From: Octopus vulgaris
Lineage: Eukaryota
DNA length: 64,000 bases
Reading direction: 5' to 3'
NCBI GenBank assembly: GCA_951406725.2
Contig: OX597816.1
Location: 54,064,001 to 54,128,000, forward strand
Positions within the stretch are counted from its first letter, which is position 1. Each line of letters begins with the position of its first letter. The notes below the pieces were generated by a model. That model saw only the letters and a list, made by a program, of their open reading frames with translations, was not told the DNA's origin and did not search any database. Of the stretch, positions 11,640 through 22,440 are shown piece after piece. Made by a program: the position numbers and the translations under genes.

Positions 11640-12130
11640 TAATTAAAATCATTAATTAATTGTGCTCGATGACAATAGAGGAGTGAGTGTGATGTTTGGC
11701 AGTACAATAACATTGGACATGTTTCTGTATTATTAGACCTCATCAGCAAAGCAATCTTTTCTTGTACAAGCTCTGATTTTTACCATTTGTAGACATGATT
11801 TACTAAGCCAGCAGTTTAACGTATAAACATCAACGTTGATTTGTAAACATGTCTTGTGATAACTGACATAACAACGTCTTTGTCAACAACTCCAGATATA
11901 AAAACAGAGGTTAGGGGCAGTTTGAGATGATTCTAGCTGATAGGTCAGCAGGCTGGGTACTGCTTGGGACTGTGTCCAGCCACAGACACCATATTTCTAG
12001 AGACTGTTTTCTCCAAAAAAAAGAATAAGCAACATTATGTTCCTTGATTTGGCTGAGTTGTGTGCAAGCACTTAGTTATTAGGTGAATAGGTTTTGAGAG
12101 CAGTTGTAGTTGTGTAGACAAGTTCTGTAA
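11640..12130 (-). mobile_element. Probable Penelope-like element remnant with a minimal hammerhead motif
   Basis: The minus strand reads CTGATGAGGTCTAATAATACAGAAACATGTC at 11716-11746. A related copy lies at ~34790-35010. Confidence 0.55.
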
Positions 12131-12276
12131 GAAACAGGGAATTTGTGAGAATGAAGAATTTAGCATAGAGGTTGGTATTTAGCAGGACTCTGTCCTCAAT
12201 CCCTTACTATTCATTATAAATCTTGAGGAATTCATAAGTGTGCGTGTTTGAGAAAGTTGGCGGTAGTTTTAAATGG

Positions 12277-12484
12277 TCGAGCTGGCAGAAACGTTTGCAT
12301 GCCGGGCGAAATATGTAGCCATATTTCATCTGCCGTTACGTTCTGAGTTCAAATTCCGCCGAGGTCGACTTTGCCTTTCATCCTTTTGGGGTCGATAAAT
12401 TAAGTACCAGTTACACACTGGGATCGATGTCTGTCCTTCTTTGTCCCCTCTCTATTTAGCCCCTTGTGGGTAGTAAAGAAATAG
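12277..12484 (+). mobile_element. Nin-domain tRNA SINE (family B) inserted in a LINE RT remnant
   Basis: TSD GTAGTTTTAAATGG at 12263-12276 and 12485-12498. The flank translates as VGI*QDSVLNPLLFII, an RT motif. Confidence 0.85.
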
Positions 12485-13019
12485 GTAGTTTTAAATGGAC
12501 AATCTGTTGAAGAATTAAAGGAAAAGTTTCAAACCTGTAAGAATGGCTCAGAGTCCAAAAACCCAAGACCTTATTCTTTGCAGTTAGCAAATAGTGAATG
12601 TATCATGGAGGAAGCAAGTCAGTAGGAATCCTATGCTGTGTACTCGGTGTCAGGAATGGGAGATGTCTGACAGATTCACAGAAGACAAGAAAAGTGATGG
12701 GTAAAGAGGAGTTCCAATGAAATCGAACTTGTAAACTGTTTGAGTGAATCACTAAATAGTGTAGGCAGGGTGAACCTAACCAGTGGTGCTGGAGGTGGCA
12801 GTAGTGATGTTAGAGTAGGGGGTAGACGGGTGGCTGTAGTCACCAGGGTTGGCTGTAGTGATAGTATAGTTGTTAAAGGGGTGAGGGAGGTGTTGAGAAT
12901 GACTGCCTTTGTCGGAACCAAAGTTGTTTATTTTCTTTTGTAAAGGAAGTTGATATGAGACATGTGGTCATTTATAAGACAACAATCATGTTTGAGGCCA
13001 GAGAGAAATAAAATGGACA

Positions 13020-13350
13020 TTGATCTGACTGGTCCCGTGCCGGTGGCACGTAAAAAGCACTATTTGAGCATGATAGCTGCCAGTGCCACCTGACTGGCTC
13101 CCGTGCCAGTGACATGTAAAAAGCACCATTCGAGTGTGGCCGATGCCAGTACCGCCTGACTGACTCTCATGCCGGTGGCATGTAAAAAGCACCCACTACG
13201 CTCTCAGAGTGGTTGGCGTTAGGAAGGGCATCCAGCTGTAGAAACATTGCCAGATTGGATTGGAGTCTGATGTAGCCACCTGTATTGCCAGTCAAACCGT
13301 CCAACCCATGCCAGCATGGAATATGGACGTTAAACGACGAACAATGATGT
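13020..13350 (+). mobile_element. Family C SINE-like copy, 3 internal units
   Basis: Internal units, core and tail all present. Confidence 0.85.
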
Positions 13351-13708
13351 TGATGGTGATTGATCTGTGTTGAAAAGGTGGTGAAGGGGGGGTGTCATTG
13401 CTTAAAGATTTCTTATGAACCAATTACTAGTTCACTACATTTCTGATGGCAACAGGGGCACCTGCAACCACATCATTGAGAAGCATAGTAACTGTTTGGC
13501 TGTTGCTTTGTTTAAGAGAGAGATATAGCTAGGTTGGTGGTGGGGTAACTCTTGTAGAAGACTGACGTTGTTGTTGTTATTTCGGACAGGTAATTATCAA
13601 TGTAGTTGGGTCATCATACTGCAACTTGGTTAAAATGGTTTGAAATAATATTGAAATTTGAAATGAATTTTAAGATGCTCTTTTCACTTGTTTTCTCTTG
13701 TTTTCTAG

Positions 13709-13828
13709 GCCATGTCCAGTGTGTGTGAAGACAAAATGAAAATGTGGTTGAAGAAGGATTTAAAGAGATCTGCTAGTCTTGATGGATTAACATCTTATCA
13801 TACTTGTAGTAAAGCTATATTATCTTGA
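13709..13828 (+). CDS. CCNY: Cyclin Y last coding exon, AMSSVCEDKMKMWLKKDLKRSASLDGLTSYHTCSKAILS*
   Basis: ttttctAG acceptor 13707-13708, TGA stop 13826-13828. Retains CEDK, the KRSAS phospho/14-3-3-type motif and the AI[LI]S C-terminus of cyclin Y. Absent from the ORF track. Confidence 0.93.
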   Translation, partial: AMSSVCEDKMKMWLKKDLKRSASLDGLTSYHTCSKAILS

Positions 13829-14242
13829 CACCGAAACACTAAATGGATTTATGGACTTGTAGACAAAGAAACACCGCCAGTCTTTGGACCAGCATTATTT
13901 ATTGTCTTTTATAAATGGATCGAACGTCTGGTGCTAGAAACTGGATACCACTGTTACTACTAGCCCACTGTCCACTTTTATTTTTGGTTATTGGCGCTGT
14001 CTTTACAGGAACAGTCAGTGTTAATGGGGTGGGTGGGGGTTGGTCTGATAATCACATGTAATGTGTTTCTTTGGTATAGTGTTGGCACTACTGCTATCAT
14101 TGTTAACAAGAACAACCACCTCCTTCGTGGCTTACATGATGGCATCAAATGCTAACGAGCCGGACAAACTGGACAGGACTTTCACTCAAGAATCTGTGTA
14201 TGTTGTAAAGAGACAGAAGGCAAATATCGCTTGTGTGTGTGT

Positions 14243-14284
<42 letters not shown>

Positions 14285-14680
14285 TGGCTACTACATATCT
14301 TACATCCAGCATGTACTGACATTCATCCTTCTTAGTGGCTTTTGGAGGTATCAGTTATGGTAAGACAGCAACAAATGATCTTTATTGTGATGTTACTCAG
14401 TTAAATAAATGTACACGCCTGGGTGTATGTGTGTGTGTGTGTGTGTGTAATGCTCTGTATATGCACTCTGGTTTCACTGTGTGCATGTGTGTAAATGTAT
14501 AGACTGGACTTCCAAAATGAAATGTTGCTATGTGTGGATCAAATATAATACAATTGTCTTTTTTTTTCAGTTTTGGTTAAATCTCACTTTGTATTAATTA
14601 TAGCATGCTATTCTCTCTTTGTCTCTCTCTCTCTCTCTGCTTTGTTCCCCCCTTTTCTCTCTCTCGCCCACTCTCTCTCA

Positions 14681-14728
<48 letters not shown>

Positions 14729-14729
14729 A

Positions 14730-15220
14730 ATAGCAATTTGATTCAGCTCTCTGCAACTTAGATTTGTGGGCTTATAAAAAAAAAAGCCTAGATTTTCAGG
14801 CTTAGATAACTGATTAAAGGAAGATGGCTATTGGAGATTGAGTAACATATCCCCAACTAACAAGCTGATCCCACCAGCTCACACATGCACACACACAACA
14901 TACACATGCTCGTGCACTCATGCAGTAGGTATAAACCCCCTGTGCCTCCCCCCTCCTCCCAATTGGTGTTGCTCACAATCCTCTCCTTATCCCTTTGAGT
15001 AAAGATACACACTTGGAATTGCTGTCTCTAATGTTGCTACTCTATGCATTGTTTTATTATTATCGACAACAGCTTCTCACCTGCCTTCAACAATAAGCAG
15101 CCCAATCTCCAATAGCCATCTTGAGCTTTCTTCGTTTCGGTTATCTGAGCCCAAAGAGTCAGGTTTATTTTATGAGCCGACAAAACTTTAGGTTGCATGG
15201 AGCTGAATGGAGACTGTTAT
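14730..15220 (+). ncRNA. Long imperfect RNA fold-back (cis-element or hairpin RNA) downstream of the CCNY stop
   Basis: Nested stems read by eye: 14741-14760/15189-15208, 14769-14779/15168-15178, 14799-14813/15137-15151, a perfect 20 bp at 14821-14840/15103-15122, and an inner hairpin at ~14960-15016. About 10 G:U versus about 2 A:C on the + strand. Confidence 0.7.
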
Positions 15221-15359
15221 CAAATAATATTTCTAAGTCCTACCAAATACGTGGAGTGCCACTTTTTCACTTGTGCACTCACTCGTGTACATATATGTGT
15301 GTAATATAGTACATGTATGTATATATAAATGTGTGTGTATTTATATATGTATGTGTGTG

Positions 15360-15396
<37 letters not shown>

Positions 15397-15545
15397 TAAG
15401 GTATGTAGAAAAATACAACATGGACAAGAACGTATAACTCTTAGAAGACGACACAATAAACACGGACAGGACATTCGAAACCCTCAGTCTTCAGTCAAGA
15501 ACCGGATCATCGTAGTAATTTCGGCTGATATATATATATAGTACA

Positions 15546-15579
<34 letters not shown>

Positions 15580-16164
15580 GTACATGTGTGTGTGTATATA
15601 ATATATGTGTATATATATATATATATATAGTGCATGTCTATGTGTGTGTATAGATATATATTGTAATATTTGGGGGTGGTCACATGTTTCACCACATGAT
15701 TTCACGCCAGGAATCTTGCAAAGCAAATGCATAAACATGTGTATACATGCATACGTACAAACAAACATGTATATAACACATGTGTTATATATAAAATGGA
15801 GCAAGTCTCTCTGCAGCTGTATTCTGCTTCTGTTTTGTTCAACACAGCCTCAATAGTTTTTTTTTTGGTTTTTGACTTAAAACTCTTTTTCTAAAATACA
15901 TGTTTCTGTGATGATCATATCGTATGTCTATGTATATCTGGTTGTGTATGTGTGTGTGTGTATTTGTGTCTGAGTGTATGTATGTCTTTATCTCTGTGTG
16001 CTTATATGTATTTATATCTGTCTGTCTATCTATCTGTCTATCTATCTATCTATCTGTCTGTCTGTCTATCTGTCTGTTTGTCTGTCTGTCTGTCTATCTG
16101 TCTGTTTGTCTGTCTGTCTGTCTATCTGTCTGTCTGTCTGTCTATCTGTCTATCTGTCTATCTG

Positions 16165-16217
<53 letters not shown>

Positions 16218-16306
16218 TCATCTGTCTGTCTGTCTGGCTGCCTGTCTATTTATCTGTCTATCTATCTATTTTTCTGTCTGTCTGTCTATATAAATATATA
16301 TGTATG

Positions 16307-16357
<51 letters not shown>

Positions 16358-16610
16358 ATATATATATATATGTGTGTATATATATATATATGTGTGTATA
16401 TATATATATAAAACACATGCCAGCATGGAGGGATGACGTTAAATGATGATGTATGCGGGTGTTTGTATTTTCTATACCGATCAAAACAGACAACTAGTAT
16501 GTGTGTATGTATATATATATATATATGTGTGTGTGTGTCTACTACATACTTGATATGTTACCAATATACCCTATTTGCACAACTAACATTAGTCCTAACT
16601 CACTGTCTTA

Positions 16611-17270
16611 CTGTTAATCCTGTTCACAATATTACTTTCTTTGTCAATCCTGTTCACTGTATTACCTCTTTTGTAAATTCTGTTCACTGTATTACCGTTT
16701 TTGCCAACCCTGTTCACTACATTACTCTCTTTGTCAATCCTGTTCACTGTATTACCTATTTTGTAAATTCTGTTCACTGTATTACGTTCTTTGTCAATCC
16801 TGTTCACTGTATTACCTTCTTTCTCAATCTTGTTCACTGTATTACCTTCTTTGTCAATCATGTTCACTGTATTACCTCCTTTCTCAATCCTGTTCACTGT
16901 ATTACGTTATTTGTCAATCCTGTTCACTGTATTACCCTCTTTGTCAATCCTGTTCACTGTATTACATTCTTTGTCAATCCTGTTCACTGTATTACCTTCT
17001 TTGTCAATCCTGTTCACTGTATTACCTTCTTTGTCAATCCTGTTCACTGTATTACCTTCTTTGTCAATCCTGTTCACTGTATTACATTCTTTGTCAATCC
17101 TGTTCACTGTATTACCTCCTTTGTCAATCCTGTTCACTGTATTACGTTCTTTGTCAATCCTGTTCACTGTATTACCTCCTTTCTCAATCCTGTTCACTGT
17201 ATTACGTTCTTTGTCAATCCTGTTCACTGTATTACCTTCTTTGTCAATCACGTTCATTGTATTATCTTCC
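16611..17270. repeat. 30-bp minisatellite, ~22 copies, consensus TTGTCAATCCTGTTCACTGTATTACCTTCT
   Basis: Head-to-tail units visible directly, no spacers, degenerate at both ends. Confidence 0.97.
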
Positions 17271-17431
17271 TGTTAATGTCAACAATATTTGTGTTTTAAA
17301 CTAAGTTTTTCACTCAAATATCAAACCAGTCCTGTTTTTCAACCATTAAACAATTTTTACAGCTTTCAGTTGATTTCTGTTTATTTTCTCTGTGACAAAC
17401 TAATTTTAATTCTTTCATGTTCTTATTTATT

Positions 17432-17468
<37 letters not shown>

Positions 17469-19459
17469 TCCTTCTAATTTTTGTTTGCCTGTTATGACAA
17501 GTGCTTGATTTTCAAAGTTGACCTCATCAGCGTCACATTATCAACTGCTGTCTTCATCTCCTTGCTCTCATCTCATTTGACCTTCTCAATAGCTTTCATT
17601 CCTCCTTATTTGTTAACTTCATTCAGTTAAACATTATCTTTAAACCAGTTAAAACTGATAACAGTTTTTCATTTTATTTTCCATCTCACATCCTGTCATC
17701 TATCTTCTGCCGTCTTCTTTCACTCTTCCCATTACAATCACACGCACGCATACACACACACACTCTCTCTTTCTCTCTCTGACTCTTTCTCTTTCACAGC
17801 AACATACATTCTCTGACTGTTTGTCTCTCTCTTTCACTCATAATGACACACACACATACTCTCTTTCTCTTTGCCACACACAAACATATTCTTCCCCACC
17901 ACCCTTGCATTGCTATTTACCCCCATTGTGGCTGAGTGAAGTGAGTCATTTTTCTCACACACATACACACACATACACACACACACAGATCTTACAGTGA
18001 TTCGATTTTTTTTTTAATGTATTTTTTATCAAAACTTATTCTTTTGATTTTCCTAGGAAAGCTTTTGTTTTTTCTGCTTATTTCCCCATTTTGTTTTACT
18101 CTCAATGTGTCCCTTACATTGTCTGATCCTAAATCCTTCCCTTTTACTTTTAGCCAGGTTTTCTACAAGAAATCCTTCGCTTCTAGTCAGTCAAAAATGG
18201 AAAAAAAAAAAGAAAAAAAAACCCACTAAAAAGTAACAAAAAAAAAAATCCTAATCGTAGAAAAGTGACCCGTGGTCAGTTATAGGGTTTTAGTGATTAT
18301 TGAACCAGATTGTGATGAAACACCTGCAGCAGTTATTATTGTGCTAACTCTTCAAATACCAAAGTACACGTTTTAGTCAATAACACATCGAGTCAGGAGT
18401 AACAGATGCTGCAACCCCATCAAGGATTTATGAAATTTAACAACATTTTTGTTCTTTGACAATATTTGCAGGCTTCATACCAAGAATTTTTCCTAGACTC
18501 TTCTCATTCCCTGTGATACCATCATGATATTCTATCATATTAGTTAATTTATTTTAGTTTTTCATTGCTTTCTACAATTGTAATCTATCACCTTGCTCTA
18601 TGGCCGTTTGCTGACCACTTCTCAGCAGTTGATGGGTTTCAGTTTCTTCTATTCTTTTTTTTTTTTCCTTCCCCAAAGTCAATTTCGTTCTAATTCTTCT
18701 TCCAGACTCCATGTTAACAAAATTTCTTCAATAAAAATTGTTCACTTTTGTGTTTTCGGTTTTTTCTTGTTATTAATCTCACTTCTAAGAAATGGAATTA
18801 AAGTGATTGAAAAGTATATTTCTACTAATTAATTAATGCCATTTATTAATCGGTTTTATGATTACTTAACTTTCCATTTCCAATCTTTTATAAACCTCTT
18901 GTTTGTTTGTTCTTTCAATATATTCTAATATTTTTGTTGGGGAAGAAATTATCCTGGAAATCCTAAATTTAGAACTGGTAATCCTGATTGATTGGAAAAG
19001 ATTTGACAAAAAAAATGGAAGCAGCAGCAGTAGCAGTGGCAGCAGCTATAATTATTTCTTTCATTAACCAAATGGATGTGGTTGCTTTTTAATGGTGTAG
19101 TTGGAGGAGGAAGGTCACATTCAACCTCTGGCTTCATTGTTTACAATAGAATAAACAGGAATAGGATCACACAAGGACCAGGCAGTGGTATTTAGCTGGA
19201 TGATGGATCAAATCCACTGCCCATGAGCAAGCACGCACACCTTCCACTAGGATTCTGTACATTTTCAGTCGAGACTCTTTCAGCATGACATTTGACCAAG
19301 GTGTCATGAAGTTCTGCTCACGACCACTCAACCATCCTTCAACTGTCCTAACCATGCAGCCTTTTGTTGTACTTAGCTACTGGAAATTCTCCCTCAACCC
19401 ATTTCCTACTGTTTTTAAAAATCTGATTTGTTCATTATTTTTTTGGACTCACTGAGTAA

Positions 19460-20320
19460 AAGGTATGGTCATGGCATTGTGCAAAATTCCACTACTCTAC
19501 ATTTTGAGTTCAAGTTCTGTCTTTCATCCCTTTTGCGGTTGATAAAATAAGTACCAGTTAAGCACTGAGGTTGATGTCATTGACCAGCACCCCCGCTCCT
19601 AAATTTCAGATCAATGTGCCTATAGAGTAGAAAGGAAGATTATTAGTATTATTATTAACCCTTTCGTTACTGTATTTATTTTGAGATGCTCTGTGTTTCT
19701 TTCAATTATTTTAAATATAACAAAGAATTTAGTAAAATAACTTAGTTATCATTCAGCTAGTGTTAGGAACATTAATTGTGACTAAGGTTTGGTGGAAGAC
19801 TTAAATTCAAAACTTATGAAAACAAGACATTTGTACTCAGAGCCAGAGCCGGTTTCAGCCGGGTTGGTAATAAGAGGGTTAAGGTGGTGAGCTGGCAGAA
19901 TTGTTAGCATGTTGGACAAAATGCTTAGTGGCGTTTCATCCATCTTAATGTTCTGAGTTCAAATTCCATCGAGGTTGACTTTACCTTTTATCCTCTTTGG
20001 GTCAACAAAATAAGTACCAGGTGGACACTGGAGTTGATGTAATTGACTTATCTCGTCCTCAGAAATTGCTGGCCTTGTGCCAAAATTTGAACTCATTATT
20101 AAGGTGATGAGCTGGCAGAATTTGTTAGCATGTTGGACAAAATGCTTAGTGGTATTTCGTCTGTCTTAACGTTCTGAGTTCAAATTCTGCTGAGGTCAAC
20201 TTTGCCTTTCATCTTTTCGGGGTCAATAAGTTATGTAGCAGTGAAGCAGTAGGGTCGATGTAATTGATTAGTCGCATCATCCTCCCAAATTTCAAGTCTT
20301 GTTCCTTTAGTAGAAAGGAC
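19460..20320 (+). mobile_element. Cluster of three older Nin-type SINEs (short-tail variant)
   Basis: Copies at ~19460-19640, 19881-20095 and 20101-20320, each with a B box and Nin domain. Confidence 0.8.
19659..19878. mobile_element. piggyBac-type MITE
   Basis: TTAA|CCCTTTCGTTAC ... GTAATAAGAGGG|TTAA termini. Confidence 0.75.
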
Positions 20321-20539
20321 AATTACTATTTAGTCACTCTCAAAAACTGTAAGCTTGTTGTTTGCTCTGTCTAAAGATGTGTTTTTGTTAAATTTTGTTC
20401 TTCACTTTGTGTTTTAATCTAATCTTCATTCAGTTGGGCTTGTGAGTTCCTTTAAGGATTTGAATTTCTTCAAAAATAAAACATGGCAGCATGTTTCAAA
20501 GCCAGCATGTGAAGAGGTTGTGAATGAGAGGCTGTCATT

Positions 20540-21035
20540 ATATATAATGAAATTATTGTATACAGTGCTCAGGTGCACTGCAACTTGTCAAAAGGGCATA
20601 TAAAGCATATGCATAAATGTACAAATGTCTGGAAAGTGATCAGTGTATGAGATACATGCTTGCGTGTGTATGGAGGGGAGAAAATCAGGTGTAGTGTTGG
20701 CGAATCTCAGGAAGCATGGAAGTTTTGAAGGATGCAGTGCTCTGGCAACTAACAACTGATGCCAGCAGTTTGTTCCATGCTTCAGCAACTCTTCGCGTGA
20801 AAAAATGTTTCCGAAAGTCATGGGAGCTGTGCTGTTTTCTGACTTTGTAAATATGTCCATGGGTGTTAGACGGGTGGAGTTTGAAAAGGTGCTCAGAGTT
20901 CTTGTTTGTAAGATGGTTAAAAATTTTATGGGTGTCTGCCAAGTCAGCTGCCAGACGTCAGAGTTTCAATATATCCATGCCCAGGGAAGTAAGGCGTTCA
21001 GAATATGGCAAATGCCTGTTCCTCAGGGAAAATAA
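20540..21035 (-). mobile_element. CR1/L2-group LINE 3' fragment
   Basis: HGHIYKVRKQHSSHDFRKHFFTRRVAEAWNKL..SVVSCQSTASFK, typical of a CR1-group ORF2 C-terminus. Confidence 0.85.
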
Positions 21036-21397
21036 CTCCTTCAGACTGATGTACATTGAAGTACGTAGCAATAACAAAAGTGTTCTGAGCAACAACAACT
21101 GCAATAACAATATAACAAGTGAAACTGCCTTCAGCGACCATTAACAAAAATAAATGTCCAGAAGAACTGCATGTCATGTGATAGCAGACCCATGCTCATC
21201 ATCTCGATTGCAAAAGACTAGTCCCAGCCTGGACAGGGAAATATCATCATCACCGCTTCATCAGTCGACAGTAATAACTGAGGTCATCACCTCTCCCTGA
21301 AATTCTATAATACAAAAAACCAGCTCTTGCATTATCAAACACCCCATAACTGCAGCTGGTGGTTCAATCGGCACCGAAAACGTCAGCAGAAGCAAGT

Positions 21398-21710
21398 GGA
21401 GGCGCAATGGCTCAGTGGTTAGGGCAGCGGACTCGTGGTCGGAGGATCACAGTTTTGATTCCTAGACTGGGCGTTGTGTGTGTTTATTGAGCGAAAACAC
21501 CTAAAAGCTCCACGAGGCTCCAGCAGGGGGTGGTGGTGACCCCTGTTGTACTCTTTCGCTTCAACTTTCTCTCACTCTTTCTTCCTGTTTCTTGTCCCCG
21601 ACTTCCTACGCAACCGCTGAGCCTGGATGCACGTTCATCCATCTGTCGATGGTGTCGGGGGTTGACCTGCTTTCTCTTTTGTGGGATCTTACGAATAGCA
21701 AAGGACCACG
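21398..21710 (+). mobile_element. tRNA-derived SINE, family D head with a different tail
   Basis: TGGCTCAGTGGTTAGGGCAGCGGACTCG head shared with 9153; the sequences diverge after ~21590. Confidence 0.75.
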
Positions 21711-21899
21711 TTTTGGACTTCTCCCAGGAAGAAGACCACTTCACTCAACAAACAAGCAGTTGCAGTAAAATTGGGTCTTTTGCCAGTGCATGCGGTATTT
21801 GAAAGAATTCAGTTAACAAAAGAAAATGTGTTACAGATAAACAGAAAATGGTGTCTGAAAGCAGTATAGAGGATAGAGAGAGAGAGAGAGAGATGTGTG

Positions 21900-22440
21900 T
21901 GATAGTCTACCAATGCATAGGACCAAAAAGTAGATGGGAAGAAAGACCAAACGAAGCACTGTAGAGAGGTGTCTGAAATCCGTTTTTACTTAAAAAACCC
22001 GTACCACCAACGGCAGGCATTCTGATACTGATGACGTCAGCTTCCCCTCGGAGGACGAGGCAAAAACTATAAGACTATTTTCATATTCTGGTCAACACGT
22101 GACGAAGGGTATTGTAGCGGACTTTGTGCCAGAAATAATCTGCTGGTTGGTGGCAGTCGTATTTTTCAACATTGAAGAGAGAACTACAATATTAGAAGAG
22201 CACAAATTATGAAGGGAGAATTGGTCGAAGATAGGAATGGAGTTCTTAATTCAACAGAAGAGATTCGAAGCCACCGCCAACCTAATTCAGTCACCAAAGA
22301 GAGTTCTTTTGTTTGTGGCATTAGAGAGCAGAAGATCAAGATACTACAAATGTGGCACTAGCAACCATCTAAGGGCCTGCTATCTACATAAAAGAGTGAA
22401 GGAAAGAAAACGGCTACTGTTTTCTACATCACAACTATAA
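21900..22440 (+). mobile_element. Possible decayed LINE ORF1 (gag-like zinc knuckle)
   Basis: ESRRSRYYKCGTSNHLRACY resembles a degenerate CX2CX4HX4C. Multiple stops and frameshifts. Confidence 0.4.

Larger units (their letters stand above)
13829..18760 (+). other. Probable long cyclin Y 3' UTR with alternative polyadenylation
   Basis: AATAAA at 14404-14409 and at 18730-18735, the latter followed by a U/GU-rich tract. The region lacks the full-length SINEs that crowd its flanks. Extent is inferred. Confidence 0.45.

Noticed and set aside
16433-17299. 288-aa ORF of (NPVHCITFFV)n, or a CRISPR-like array
   Set aside because: A 30-bp tandem unit stays open in several frames by arithmetic. There are no unique spacers, no cas genes and no splice signals, and the context is eukaryotic.
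17500-17536. Minus-strand CUGAUGA...GAAA hammerhead-like motif
   Set aside because: Stem II is not convincingly paired and stem III is absent; likely chance.
19167-19355. 62-aa minus-strand ORF in unique, relatively GC-rich sequence
   Set aside because: No recognisable domain or convincing splice sites; cannot be supported as an exon without a search.
22028-22062. CTGATGA-CGTC...GACG hammerhead-like motif
   Set aside because: Followed by AGGC rather than GAAA, and it lies in a probable LINE ORF1 remnant.
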